From Candidatus Aenigmatarchaeota archaeon (GTDB taxonomy: Archaea; Aenigmatarchaeota; Aenigmatarchaeia; CG10238-14): 64,000 nucleotides of DNA. Made by a program: the position numbers and the translations under genes. The notes beneath the pieces were generated by a model that worked only from the letters and a program-made list of their open reading frames with translations, searched no databases and was not told the origin of the DNA. Positions 56,084 through 64,000 of the stretch are shown piece by piece (position 1 is the first letter of the stretch; the number at the start of each line of letters is the position of its first letter). The stretch spans positions 8,817 through 72,816 of the forward strand of contig JAHLMN010000006.1 of the NCBI GenBank assembly GCA_018920345.1, read 5' to 3'.

Positions 56084-56620
56084 ATGATGAAACTAATCAT
56101 ACCTGTTGTGAATGGATATGAAGATATTGAATTAATAACTGTTGTTGATGTTTTAAGAAGAGCAGGTATACCTGTTGAAATAGTTGGTGTAACTGCTTCT
56201 ATGGTTGAAGGTAAAAGTAAAGTAAAAATAATGACAGATAAAAGATTACAAGAAGTTTCTTTAAGAGAATATGACGGAATAATATTAATTGGCGGCCCTG
56301 GTTATGCTTCTTTAGAAAAAACAGCCATACTTAATGATTATATAAAAGCTTTTGCAACACAAGGAAAGCTTTTAGCTGCTATAGGAGAAGGTGTTGCTAT
56401 ATTAGCTAAGAATGGTTTATTAGATGAAAAAAAGGCAGTTATAGCTCCTGGGATGGAAAAACTTTTAGCATATCCAAGAGACCAGCCTGTTATAACTGAT
56501 CAAAATATTATTACTTCTCAAGCACCAGGTACAGCAATGCATTTTGCTTTAGCTATTGTCAAAAAACTTAAAGGAGATCAGGCAGCTCAGTTACTTAAAA
56601 AAGAGCTGGTAGTAGTATGA
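56084..56620 (+). CDS. DJ-1/PfpI-family paralog lacking the nucleophile Cys
   Basis: Same fold (GIILIGGPGY...AAIGEGVAILAKNGLLDEKKAV). The elbow Cys is replaced by Gly/Glu. Confidence 0.6.
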   Translation: MMKLIIPVVNGYEDIELITVVDVLRRAGIPVEIVGVTASMVEGKSKVKIMTDKRLQEVSLREYDGIILIGGPGYASLEKTAILNDYIKAFATQGKLLAAIGEGVAILAKNGLLDEKKAVIAPGMEKLLAYPRDQPVITDQNIITSQAPGTAMHFALAIVKKLKGDQAAQLLKKELVVV

Positions 56621-56841
56621 ATGAAATAGAAAAAGAAATTATGAAGATAATGAAAGAAAAACAGGTTTCAAGAAAGTGGGAAGTTTTTGAAGAAATTTCT
56701 AAAAAGAAAAAAGTTTCTAAAAAAGAGTTTGAAAAGGTTTTAAATCAACTTTTAGAAAAAAACTGGTTAGTTAGTGTATACGGTGGAAATACTACTTTTG
56801 CTTTAACCCAAAGAGGATTAAGAGAATCTAAATTAAAATAA
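56617..56841 (+). CDS. small winged-helix DNA-binding protein
   Basis: 74 aa. FEEISKKKKVSKKEFEKVLNQLLEKNWLVSVYGGNTTFALTQRGLRE is wHTH-like. Confidence 0.4.
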   Translation: MNEIEKEIMKIMKEKQVSRKWEVFEEISKKKKVSKKEFEKVLNQLLEKNWLVSVYGGNTTFALTQRGLRESKLK

Positions 56842-56867
56842 TTCTTGACTTATATATTTCTTATTAA

Positions 56868-56940
56868 AGCCCTGTGGTGTAGAGGTCAAGCACGCGAGGC
56901 TCTGGACCTCGAGACCCCAGTTCGAATCTGGGCGGGGCTA
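56868..56940 (+). tRNA. tRNA-Gln (anticodon CUG)
   Basis: AGCCCTG-TG-GTGTAGAGGTCAAGCACG-CGAGG-CTCTGGA-CCTCG-AGACC-CCAGTTCGAATCTGG-GCGGGGCT-A. The archaeal Gln A1:U72 start is present. Confidence 0.85.
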
Positions 56941-56985
56941 TCAAAAAACTAGAAATTTAAATATATTCAAGATATGTGATTATAG

Positions 56986-57615
56986 ATGTTTGAAGGATTT
57001 ATTTATCATTTGTTGATCACATACGGCTATATTGGAATATTTCTTTTGATGATTTTACAAACAATCCTTGTAGTAATACCATCTGAAGCTGTTATAGCAT
57101 TATCAGGTGCTTTAGGTCTTGAAACAACCAAAGTCATAGCTATAGGAACTCTAGGCCTTTTAGCAGGTGCGACAATAGCTTTTTTTATTTCAAGATATTT
57201 TGGTAGAAAAATAGTAGTAAAAATTTTAGGTGACGAATGGTTAGATGAAGTTGATCAATGGATAGAGCAAAATGGAACAAAAGCAATATTTATCGCACGA
57301 CTAGTTCCTTTAATACCTTTTGATCTTATAAGTTATGTTTCAGGTTTGACAAAAATGGAATTTAAAAAATATATTGTTGCCACAATTATAGGAATGATAC
57401 CAAGGATAATATTTTTGGTATATTTGGGCGAGACAGCAAAATCTATTTTATCAATAATAGGTTTGGGTATAGATTTTATAATAATATTTGGCACTCTAGG
57501 CATCATATTAATAATCTATCTAGATAGAAATGGACACTTGAATGGTTTGAGAAATTTTGTAATGAAGAAAGTTATAAAAACAAAGCGATTTTATAGAAAA
57601 AAACAATATAAATAA
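56986..57615 (+). CDS. DedA/TVP38-family membrane protein
   Basis: GYIGIFLLMILQTILVVIPSEAVIALSGAL DedA motif. 209 aa polytopic protein. Confidence 0.7.
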   Translation: MFEGFIYHLLITYGYIGIFLLMILQTILVVIPSEAVIALSGALGLETTKVIAIGTLGLLAGATIAFFISRYFGRKIVVKILGDEWLDEVDQWIEQNGTKAIFIARLVPLIPFDLISYVSGLTKMEFKKYIVATIIGMIPRIIFLVYLGETAKSILSIIGLGIDFIIIFGTLGIILIIYLDRNGHLNGLRNFVMKKVIKTKRFYRKKQYK

Positions 57616-57618
57616 TTT

Positions 57619-58305
57619 ATGAAACTAGAAAAATTCTTTGAAAAAATAAGACAACAAAACAGAAAAAATCTTACGGAGCAAGAATCCCGTTTTATACTTT
57701 CTTCTTACGGCATTAAAATTGTTAAAGGAGAAGTAGCAACATCTTTAGAGCAAGCTAAAGAAATAGCCAAAAGAATAGGCTATCCTGTGGCCATTAAAAT
57801 AGTTTCTAAAGATATAATCCATAAAACAGATGTTGGTGGTGTATCTCTAAACATAAAATCACCAGAAGAATTATCTTTTGAATATAGCAAAATGATGCAA
57901 AATATAAAACAAAAATTACCTTCCATATCTATAGAAGGCGTCTTTGTACAACAAATGATCACTGACGGTCACGAGCTAATTTTGGGTGCAAAAAAAGATC
58001 AAGTATTTGGCCCAGTAATAATGCTAGGTTTTGGGGGAATATATGTTGAGGCTTTAGACGATATTTCATTTAGAATAGCACCTGTAAGCAAAAAAGATGT
58101 AATAGAAATGATTAACGAGACAAAAATAGGAAAAATAATAAGAGGTTTTAGAGGCAAGGCGGCAAATATAAATGCTTTGATAAAAGCGACTATGAATTTA
58201 TCCAAATTAGTTGTAGAAAATCCACAGATATTAGAAATAGATATAAACCCTTTGATGCTTGGCAATGATGCAATAGCTCTAGATGCTAGAATAATGATAG
58301 AATAA
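57619..58305 (+). CDS. acdB: acetyl-CoA synthetase (ADP-forming) beta subunit (ATP-grasp)
   Basis: LTEQESRFILSSYGIKIVKGEVATSLEQAKEIAKRIGYPVAIKIVSKDIIHKTDVGGV is typical of ACD beta. Confidence 0.75.
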   Translation: MKLEKFFEKIRQQNRKNLTEQESRFILSSYGIKIVKGEVATSLEQAKEIAKRIGYPVAIKIVSKDIIHKTDVGGVSLNIKSPEELSFEYSKMMQNIKQKLPSISIEGVFVQQMITDGHELILGAKKDQVFGPVIMLGFGGIYVEALDDISFRIAPVSKKDVIEMINETKIGKIIRGFRGKAANINALIKATMNLSKLVVENPQILEIDINPLMLGNDAIALDARIMIE

Positions 58306-58440
58306 ATTTAATGGTTTTTTTATCCAAAAAAAGAATTTTTATTACTTTTCATTCCAAAAAAATAATTTTAATGCCTATTTTTTCTTGAATTTTTACCAAA
58401 AAATAACATTTATAAACCACACAAACCATAATAGAATATC

Positions 58441-58818
58441 ATGGCTCGTCAAAAAGCCAAGTGTTTTTTAAAAGTTAAAGGCTTTTTTGCGGCAGCAAAA
58501 GAGTCTATAAGTAATACTTTCCAAGATATTTTTAAATCACCCTTTTCTTGGAAAAGTATTTTATGGGATTCTTATATAGCGGATGAACTTCCTGAAAAAA
58601 CAATGAGATTTGCTAAAATATTAACAGCAATATCAGTTGCTTTAAGATTTGTCAGCACCACATTTATAGGCATATATTTGGCTTTAGATGGTTTGTACTC
58701 TATCTACAGAAACAGATTTGAGCTAAAATTAACAAAGTCTTGGGAAGAAGACGTTCCAAGATTTGCAAGAATAATGCTAGGAATTCTGATAATCTTTAAT
58801 TTTTACACTTTATTTTAG
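58441..58818 (+). CDS. hypothetical membrane protein
   Basis: 125 aa with two TM helices. No motif. Confidence 0.3.
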   Translation: MARQKAKCFLKVKGFFAAAKESISNTFQDIFKSPFSWKSILWDSYIADELPEKTMRFAKILTAISVALRFVSTTFIGIYLALDGLYSIYRNRFELKLTKSWEEDVPRFARIMLGILIIFNFYTLF

Positions 58819-59334
58819 AGATTCTACAACTATTTTGCAAGGAGTAGGTAATTTTGTTGAAGATCTTCTCAAAGCTTCTTTTGCAATCTCTACCTGGTCT
58901 TTATTAACCTTTATTAGCATTAAAGTCTCGCCTGAATAGATTATAACAGCTCTACCTTTTGGTCTCCCGAAAGCCTTTCTCATACCCATAGAAAACCTAT
59001 CTGCGCCAGCACCTGTAGCAAGTGAGTGCTCTCTTAAGATTTGGTGTGGATATTTTAAAATTTTCATGAAAAACCCTTCCTTTCCTAAAGTTTTTTCTAT
59101 ATATTTGTTGGCTACAATTCTTGCAGCTTCCAAAGCATTTTCTCTTATTTGAACAGAATTTTCTACTTTCAAGAGAACTTGAGTATCAAAATCTTTATCT
59201 TTGGCACCCATCTCAAAGTTATGAATTCTAGGATATGGAACACCAACTACATAACTCTTCTTAGGTTTTCTTTGAGAAACTCTAGTCCAAGGCCTTTTTA
59301 TTCTTCTTACACATCTTCCAGGTCTTAATGCCAT
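58810..59334 (-). CDS. rpl10e: ribosomal protein L10e (L16 family)
   Basis: MALRPGRCVRRIKRPWTRVSQRKPKKSYVVGVPYPRIHNFEMG matches L10e. Confidence 0.85.
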   Translation of the reverse strand: MALRPGRCVRRIKRPWTRVSQRKPKKSYVVGVPYPRIHNFEMGAKDKDFDTQVLLKVENSVQIRENALEAARIVANKYIEKTLGKEGFFMKILKYPHQILREHSLATGAGADRFSMGMRKAFGRPKGRAVIIYSGETLMLIKVNKDQVEIAKEALRRSSTKLPTPCKIVVESLK

Positions 59335-59380
59335 AATAATCTCCTTAGTAATTAATAATTATAATTTTTAAATGTTATAC

Positions 59381-59707
59381 TTAACTTAATTTGGCACCAT
59401 TTTTTATTTCTTTTTCAGGGCATATCAGGCAAAGATGTTCGCCATCACTAGCGGCCAATATCATGCCTTCTGAAACTTCTCCCATAATTTTTGCAGGCTC
59501 TAAGTTTGTTATAAATATAAATTGTTTACCTTCGAGATCTTCAGGTTTATAATAATTTTTTATACCTGATACTATTTGTCTCTTTTCTTCTCCAAAATCA
59601 ACTATTAGTTTATAAAGTTTTTTAGAGTCTTTTATATCCTCTACTTTCTCTACTTTCCCTACTCTTAATTCAATTTTTTTAAATTCCTCTAAAGATATCA
59701 TAATCAA
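59381..59707 (-). CDS. tRNA-binding domain protein (Trbp111/CsaA/MetRS-C-terminal-like)
   Basis: FKKIELRVGKVEKVEDIKDSKKLYKLIVDFGEEKRQIVSGI...FITNLEPAKIMGEVSEGMILAA is a Myf-type OB-fold tRNA-binding domain. Confidence 0.7.
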   Translation of the reverse strand: MIMISLEEFKKIELRVGKVEKVEDIKDSKKLYKLIVDFGEEKRQIVSGIKNYYKPEDLEGKQFIFITNLEPAKIMGEVSEGMILAASDGEHLCLICPEKEIKNGAKLS

Positions 59708-59735
59708 TTAATTATACAAAAATTATTTAAATTGT

Positions 59736-60254
59736 TCATGGTTTATGTACACATGCCTCATAAGGACCTTTTGTTATCCTATATCCTCTTTTGGTAACAG
59801 GCCAAGAATAAGGACCATTACCATCGTTATGCAATATATCTAATCTTGTAATATTATTTTCTTCAATAATTTGACCGCCTCTATCTATACATTCAAATTT
59901 ACTTTTGGTTCCATCAGGGAAAGTAATCTCAAAAACAGTTCCAAAATTGTAATTTTGAGGACAAGCAACACCAGCATCTTCCCCATTCCACCAATAACTA
60001 CTTATAGGATTATTTTTATCATCTAATATCCTTTTTCCAGATGCAGTATATCTACAGTCATCATCACAATTTATACCACCCCTTAAAGGGTTGTAATATG
60101 AAAAAACCACGGTTCTTTTTTCACATTTTTCAACTGTAGGAGTTGGATAATTTTGTATTTCCCTTGATGATGTTGGTTGAAAAAAAATGTTCATAAAATA
60201 AAGTGAAGATAAAGCTAAAAATGTCATCAACAAAGATTTTCTAAAGATTTTCAT
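59736..60254 (-). CDS. secreted 3D/DPBB-domain protein (MltA/RlpA/YuiC-like double-psi beta-barrel)
   Basis: Signal peptide. VVFSYYNPLRGGINCDDDCRYTASGKRI...GVACPQNYNFGTVFEITFPDGTKSKFECIDRGGQI matches the 3D-domain pattern (conserved Asp cluster, GT...DRGG). Confidence 0.5.
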   Translation of the reverse strand: MKIFRKSLLMTFLALSSLYFMNIFFQPTSSREIQNYPTPTVEKCEKRTVVFSYYNPLRGGINCDDDCRYTASGKRILDDKNNPISSYWWNGEDAGVACPQNYNFGTVFEITFPDGTKSKFECIDRGGQIIEENNITRLDILHNDGNGPYSWPVTKRGYRITKGPYEACVHKP

Positions 60255-60279
60255 GAATTTCTTTAAAATATAAATTTTT

Positions 60280-61785
60280 TTAAACTTTACCTAAAAATTT
60301 GAATAACATAGATGATGATATTTTTCCTTTAACTTGTTTTTTAAAACCTTTAAGACCGATTTCTTTAACACCCAAACATTTCAATGCCTTTTCAGCAGAG
60401 CTAGGTATGAAAGGATAAAATGCTAGACTCAAATCTTTAACAAGCTCTATTGATGTTTTTATTGTCTTTTTACATTTTTCTTTATCATTTTTGATTGTTT
60501 CCCATGGTTTTTCTTCCTGAAAATATTTGTTTAATCTATCTGAAAGATTCATTAAAACAGACAAGGCTTCATTTATCTTGTATTCTTGCATAAGACTAAT
60601 ATATCTATTTAATTCCTCGTCGAAAATTTTCTTTTCTTTTTGATCAACCTTTTCTTCTGGTACAATACTGTCAAAATTTTTTTCTATAAATGTTGTAACT
60701 CTATAAAAAAGATTGGAATATTTTGAAACAAGCTCTTTATCTACTCTTTCAATTAGAGATTTTTCTGAAAAATCACCATCATCAAAAACAGGTATTTCTC
60801 TTAATAAATAATATCTTAGTTGATCAACACCATATTTTTCAATCATTTCAAAAGGATCTATTACATTACCTAAAGTTTTACTCATCTTTTGTCCACCAGA
60901 AGTAACGTATCCGTGAACAAATATTTTTTTAGGCAATTCCAAACCAGCTGATAAAAGCATAGCAGGCCAATAAATAGCATGAAATCTTATTATTCCTTTT
61001 CCTATTACATGAACATCAGCAGGCCAATATTTTTTGAATTTTTTTTCATCTTTCCCAAAACCTAAAGCTGTTATATAATTTGCTAAAGCATCAAACCACA
61101 CATATATTATTTGAGTTTCATCTCCAGGTACAGGAATCCCCCAACCCTTCATTCTTTCAGCAGGTCTCGATATGCTAAAATCTTCAAGACCTTGTCTTAT
61201 AAAACTTAATATCTCATTTTTCCTAGCTTCAGGTAATATTTTTATTTTGTCATTTTCAATAATATCCAAGAGTTCATTTTCATATCTTGATAATTTGAAA
61301 AAATAATTTTCTTCCACAATTTTTTCTGGTTTTTTCAAATGTTCAGGACAAAGACCATCAACAAGATCTTTTTCTGTTACAAAAGCTTCACATCCTATAC
61401 AATATAAACCAGAATATTTCTTTTTGTAAATATCACCATTTTGATAACACAATTCCCATAATTTTTTGGCACCGATCCAATGTCTTTCTTTATCAGTTGT
61501 TCTGATAAAATCATCATTTGAAATGTTAAGTTTTTTTGTTAGATCAATAAACATTTGAGCATTTTTATCGACCAATTCTTTAGGAGTTACACCAATTTTT
61601 TCTGCTGCTAATGCATTCTTTTGAGCATTTTCATCTGTTCCAGTTAAGAAGAAAACATCTTTTCCTAATAATCTATTAAATCTTGCAATGACATCTGTTT
61701 GTACCAATTCTAAGGCAAAACCTATATGTGGAGCGGCATTTACATATGGTATTGCAGTTGTTATATAAAACTTTTGTTTATCCAT
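60280..61785 (-). CDS. metG: methionyl-tRNA synthetase
   Basis: Class-I motifs PYVNAAPHIGFA and KMSKTLGNVI. An internal Zn knuckle CIGCEAF...CPEH. Confidence 0.9.
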   Translation of the reverse strand: MDKQKFYITTAIPYVNAAPHIGFALELVQTDVIARFNRLLGKDVFFLTGTDENAQKNALAAEKIGVTPKELVDKNAQMFIDLTKKLNISNDDFIRTTDKERHWIGAKKLWELCYQNGDIYKKKYSGLYCIGCEAFVTEKDLVDGLCPEHLKKPEKIVEENYFFKLSRYENELLDIIENDKIKILPEARKNEILSFIRQGLEDFSISRPAERMKGWGIPVPGDETQIIYVWFDALANYITALGFGKDEKKFKKYWPADVHVIGKGIIRFHAIYWPAMLLSAGLELPKKIFVHGYVTSGGQKMSKTLGNVIDPFEMIEKYGVDQLRYYLLREIPVFDDGDFSEKSLIERVDKELVSKYSNLFYRVTTFIEKNFDSIVPEEKVDQKEKKIFDEELNRYISLMQEYKINEALSVLMNLSDRLNKYFQEEKPWETIKNDKEKCKKTIKTSIELVKDLSLAFYPFIPSSAEKALKCLGVKEIGLKGFKKQVKGKISSSMLFKFLGKV

Positions 61786-61809
61786 GCTAAAATATCAGTT
61801 GAATAAAAT

Positions 61810-62025
61810 TTAAAATATTGTGTTATTATTTCTATATAAACCACTTCTAACTAGTCTGTAAAGGTAGTCGAATGTTTTTTGATCTCCTTTACCAAATGTA
61901 AAAAAATCAAAATAGTTTTTTGCATCTCTCAAACATTTAGGACAATTACATTTAAAACAACTTATAATTTGTTTCATTATATAATTTTCAACAACTATTT
62001 CAGCTATTTGTATTATTTCATCCAT
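61810..62025 (-). CDS. hypothetical small Cys-containing protein
   Basis: 71-aa ORF with CFKCNCPKC. No family assigned. Confidence 0.25.
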   Translation of the reverse strand: MDEIIQIAEIVVENYIMKQIISCFKCNCPKCLRDAKNYFDFFTFGKGDQKTFDYLYRLVRSGLYRNNNTIF

Positions 62026-62078
62026 TTCTATAATATAAAAACAAAATTTTTTTAGTTTTTTTTAAACAAATATAGTAA

Positions 62079-62906
62079 ATGACAAAAATATATCTTGGTC
62101 CAGCAGGGAATTGTGCAACATCAAAAGATAAAACAACGATTGGTTCTTTCAACCATCTAAAAGAGATTGGATTAAATTGTCAAGAAATAGAATTTGTAAG
62201 ATCCATATATCTAAACGAAAAATCAGCTAAAGATGTAGGAGAAGCAGCAAAAAAACTTAATATAAGATTATCAATTCATGCCCCATATTTTATAAATTTG
62301 GCATCAGAAAAAAAACAAATAATTGAAAATAGTAAAAGAATGATTTTAGCCTGCGCTTCTATAGCAGATATAATAAATGCAGATGCTATAGCAATTCACT
62401 CAGGATATTATGGAAAATTTGATAAAGAAAAAACTTATGAAATGATAAAGGAGGCTTATCTAGATATATTGGATAAAATGAAACAAAAAGGAATAAAAAA
62501 TGTAAAGCTTGGCTTAGAAACAATGGGAAAAGAGAGTCAATTTGGTTCTTTAGATGAAATAATTCAAATGTGTAAAGAAGTAAAAGGTCTGGTGCCATAT
62601 GTAGATTGGGCACACATATTTGTAAGAAACAATGGTAAAATAGATTATGGAGAAATTTTTGATAAATTAGAAGTTTTAAAACTAGATCATATAAATTCAC
62701 ATTTTGAAGGAGTTCAATATAATGTAAAAACAAAAAAATTTGTAGATGTTCATGTACCTATAAATTCTCATCCACCATTTGAACCTTTAGCCAAAGAAAT
62801 CTTGAAAAGAAAAGTAAATATAACAATAATATCAGAATCACCTATATTAGAGTTAGACAGTTTAAAAATGAAAAAAATTTTAGAAGATTTAGGATACAAA
62901 TTTTGA
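62079..62906 (+). CDS. nfo: endonuclease IV (AP endonuclease, xylose-isomerase-like TIM barrel)
   Basis: LSIHAPYFINLAS and AIAIHSGYY motifs. 275 aa. Confidence 0.8.
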   Translation: MTKIYLGPAGNCATSKDKTTIGSFNHLKEIGLNCQEIEFVRSIYLNEKSAKDVGEAAKKLNIRLSIHAPYFINLASEKKQIIENSKRMILACASIADIINADAIAIHSGYYGKFDKEKTYEMIKEAYLDILDKMKQKGIKNVKLGLETMGKESQFGSLDEIIQMCKEVKGLVPYVDWAHIFVRNNGKIDYGEIFDKLEVLKLDHINSHFEGVQYNVKTKKFVDVHVPINSHPPFEPLAKEILKRKVNITIISESPILELDSLKMKKILEDLGYKF

Positions 62907-62929
62907 GAATGTTATACGTATAACATTTA

Positions 62930-63361
62930 CTATATATCCAAAACAACCCTTGCCTTCCATCCATTTTTTGTTTCTTCTATCTTGAATTTGTGCATTGTAA
63001 CTGCCTTTACATCAACTAATAATTCATGTTTTTCAGGGTCAATCTTTTCGCCAAAACATTCACATTTTACTTTCCATTTACCATTAATAGGCAATATTTC
63101 AATATTAAATTTGCTAAACAAAAGTTGCTCAGCGTCTTTCACTAAAACTAATTCTGAAAGGAAATTAAATAAAAGCATCTCAATATTTTCAGCTTCTTTT
63201 TCGAAATAATATCTTTCTATTGGTTTTAATTTTCTAGAATCTTTTATTTGAACATCAGTTAAAGCGTGTGCAGATGATTCAAACAATTCTTTTAATGTTT
63301 TTCCAGTAGCTTCAAATTCAACATCTGCAATAGAAACATCTTCAAAAAATTTATATGCCAT
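62930..63361 (-). CDS. archease
   Basis: MAYKFFEDVSIADVEFEATGKTLKELFESSAHALTDV matches the archease N-terminal signature (F-E-x-x-A-D-x-x-F-x-A-x-G-x-T-L-E-E-x-F). 143 aa. Confidence 0.7.
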   Translation of the reverse strand: MAYKFFEDVSIADVEFEATGKTLKELFESSAHALTDVQIKDSRKLKPIERYYFEKEAENIEMLLFNFLSELVLVKDAEQLLFSKFNIEILPINGKWKVKCECFGEKIDPEKHELLVDVKAVTMHKFKIEETKNGWKARVVLDI

Positions 63362-63385
63362 AAAGAATCACATTATATTTATGAT

Positions 63386-63706
63386 TTAGAAAGCTTTTAA
63401 TTTTTTAACAAATTTTTTGTACCATTCAAATTCATCATAATTAACTAAATGAAATTCAAATGGATTAAAAATACCAATCTTCTTCCAAATCATTGCCTTT
63501 ATCTTACTTCTTTCAGAAATTTTTTTTGGCATATTTTTTGAAACTATTAAAACATCAATATCACTTGATGGCAAATATTTACCTTCAATAAAAGAACCAA
63601 AAAGATAAAAATCAGCATCTTTTAGTTCTTTTAAACAAATTTTTTTTATATCTTTTAAACTCTTTAACCATTTATCTATATCATTATTTTTTTTCATGTT
63701 TTTCAA
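63386..63706 (-). CDS. minimal nucleotidyltransferase (MNT/MntA-type)
   Basis: DFYLFGSFIEGKYLPSSDIDVLIV carries the GS...DxD pol-beta NTase motif. Confidence 0.7.
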   Translation of the reverse strand: MKNMKKNNDIDKWLKSLKDIKKICLKELKDADFYLFGSFIEGKYLPSSDIDVLIVSKNMPKKISERSKIKAMIWKKIGIFNPFEFHLVNYDEFEWYKKFVKKLKAF

Positions 63707-64000
63707 CCAAATTCTTTATTTTTTCAGAAAATTCTACCATTTTCTCAACTTCTTCTTTTAAAAATTCTATTGGTAAATATCTAGCACCTATATAAGCACT
63801 TTCAAGATCACCTATTATTTCTACATTACTTTTTAGAATTTTTTCAAAATCCTTTATATATTCTGAAATTTCCTTAAATAAGGATTTTAAAGAGTGTGTT
63901 TTTGGATAATCTCCTTTTTTTTGGAAAATCAAATATTTTAAAAAAAGTTGTATAGATTGCTCTAAATTGAAGGCAGCGAGATCAAACTTTCCTTCATATA
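63684..64000 (-). CDS. HEPN-domain protein (partner of MNT), 5'-truncated by window end
   Basis: The reading frame is open to position 64000, so the listed TTG start at 63932 is an artefact. ...AAFNLEQSIQLFLKYL...ESAYIGARYLPIEF resembles HEPN (HepT-like). Overlaps the MNT gene by 23 nt. Confidence 0.5.
   Translation of the reverse strand, partial: YEGKFDLAAFNLEQSIQLFLKYLIFQKKGDYPKTHSLKSLFKEISEYIKDFEKILKSNVEIIGDLESAYIGARYLPIEFLKEEVEKMVEFSEKIKNLVEKHEKK

Noticed and set aside
1-64000. CRISPR arrays, rRNA genes, IS elements or transposases
   Set aside because: I saw no spaced direct repeats, no rRNA-like conserved stretches and no DDE or transposase-like ORFs. The only mobile-element trace is the integrase fragment at 14140..14543.

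Overview
AT-rich (roughly 30% GC) archaeal chromosomal segment. The gene content points to a small-genome DPANN-type archaeon: archaeal triosephosphate isomerase, ribosomal proteins L14e, L10e and L11, the secE-spt5-rpl11 operon, Sec61beta, RpoL, Cbf5, Pth2, archease, Hel308, FtsZ, Taw1/Tyw1, Trm112, and archaeal class-III (pilin-type) signal peptides. Housekeeping genes sit between an unusually large set of secreted, Cys-rich or membrane-anchored proteins. These come with an extracytoplasmic disulfide-forming toolkit: DsbB, two DsbA-like proteins and a membrane Trx-like protein. RNA genes are six tRNAs (Pro-CGG, Ser-UGA with a ~65-nt intron, Ile-GAU, Ala-CGC, Thr-CGU with a mini-insert, Gln-CUG) and a candidate reduced RNase P RNA. 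I saw no rRNA and no CRISPR array. Fermentative energy metabolism is represented by a 2-oxoacid:ferredoxin oxidoreductase alpha subunit (truncated at the window start) and both subunits of ADP-forming acetyl-CoA synthetase, which are not linked to each other. The most interesting items are: (1) a decayed archaemetzincin::tyrosine-recombinase chimera beside tRNA-Pro, with six in-frame nonsense codons but no frameshift; (2) a secreted protein with two Kazal domains fused to cytochrome b5; (3) a DsbB/DsbA-like pair that includes a monothiol CPYG DsbA variant; (4) a secreted 3D/DPBB (MltA/RlpA-like) protein; (5) an EF-Tu-like protein with degenerate GTPase motifs followed by tandem HypC-like genes; (6) a PFL-activase-like protein that lacks the radical-SAM CxxxCxxC motif; (7) a signal-peptide/TM/winged-helix protein immediately upstream of an S-layer gene whose 5' UTR is structured; (8) a glyA-thyX coupled pair in which the ThyX-like protein looks like a fused tandem duplication; (9) a HEPN/MNT pair at the window edge. 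All coordinates and calls come from reading the sequence and the supplied ORF track by hand. No database search was run.
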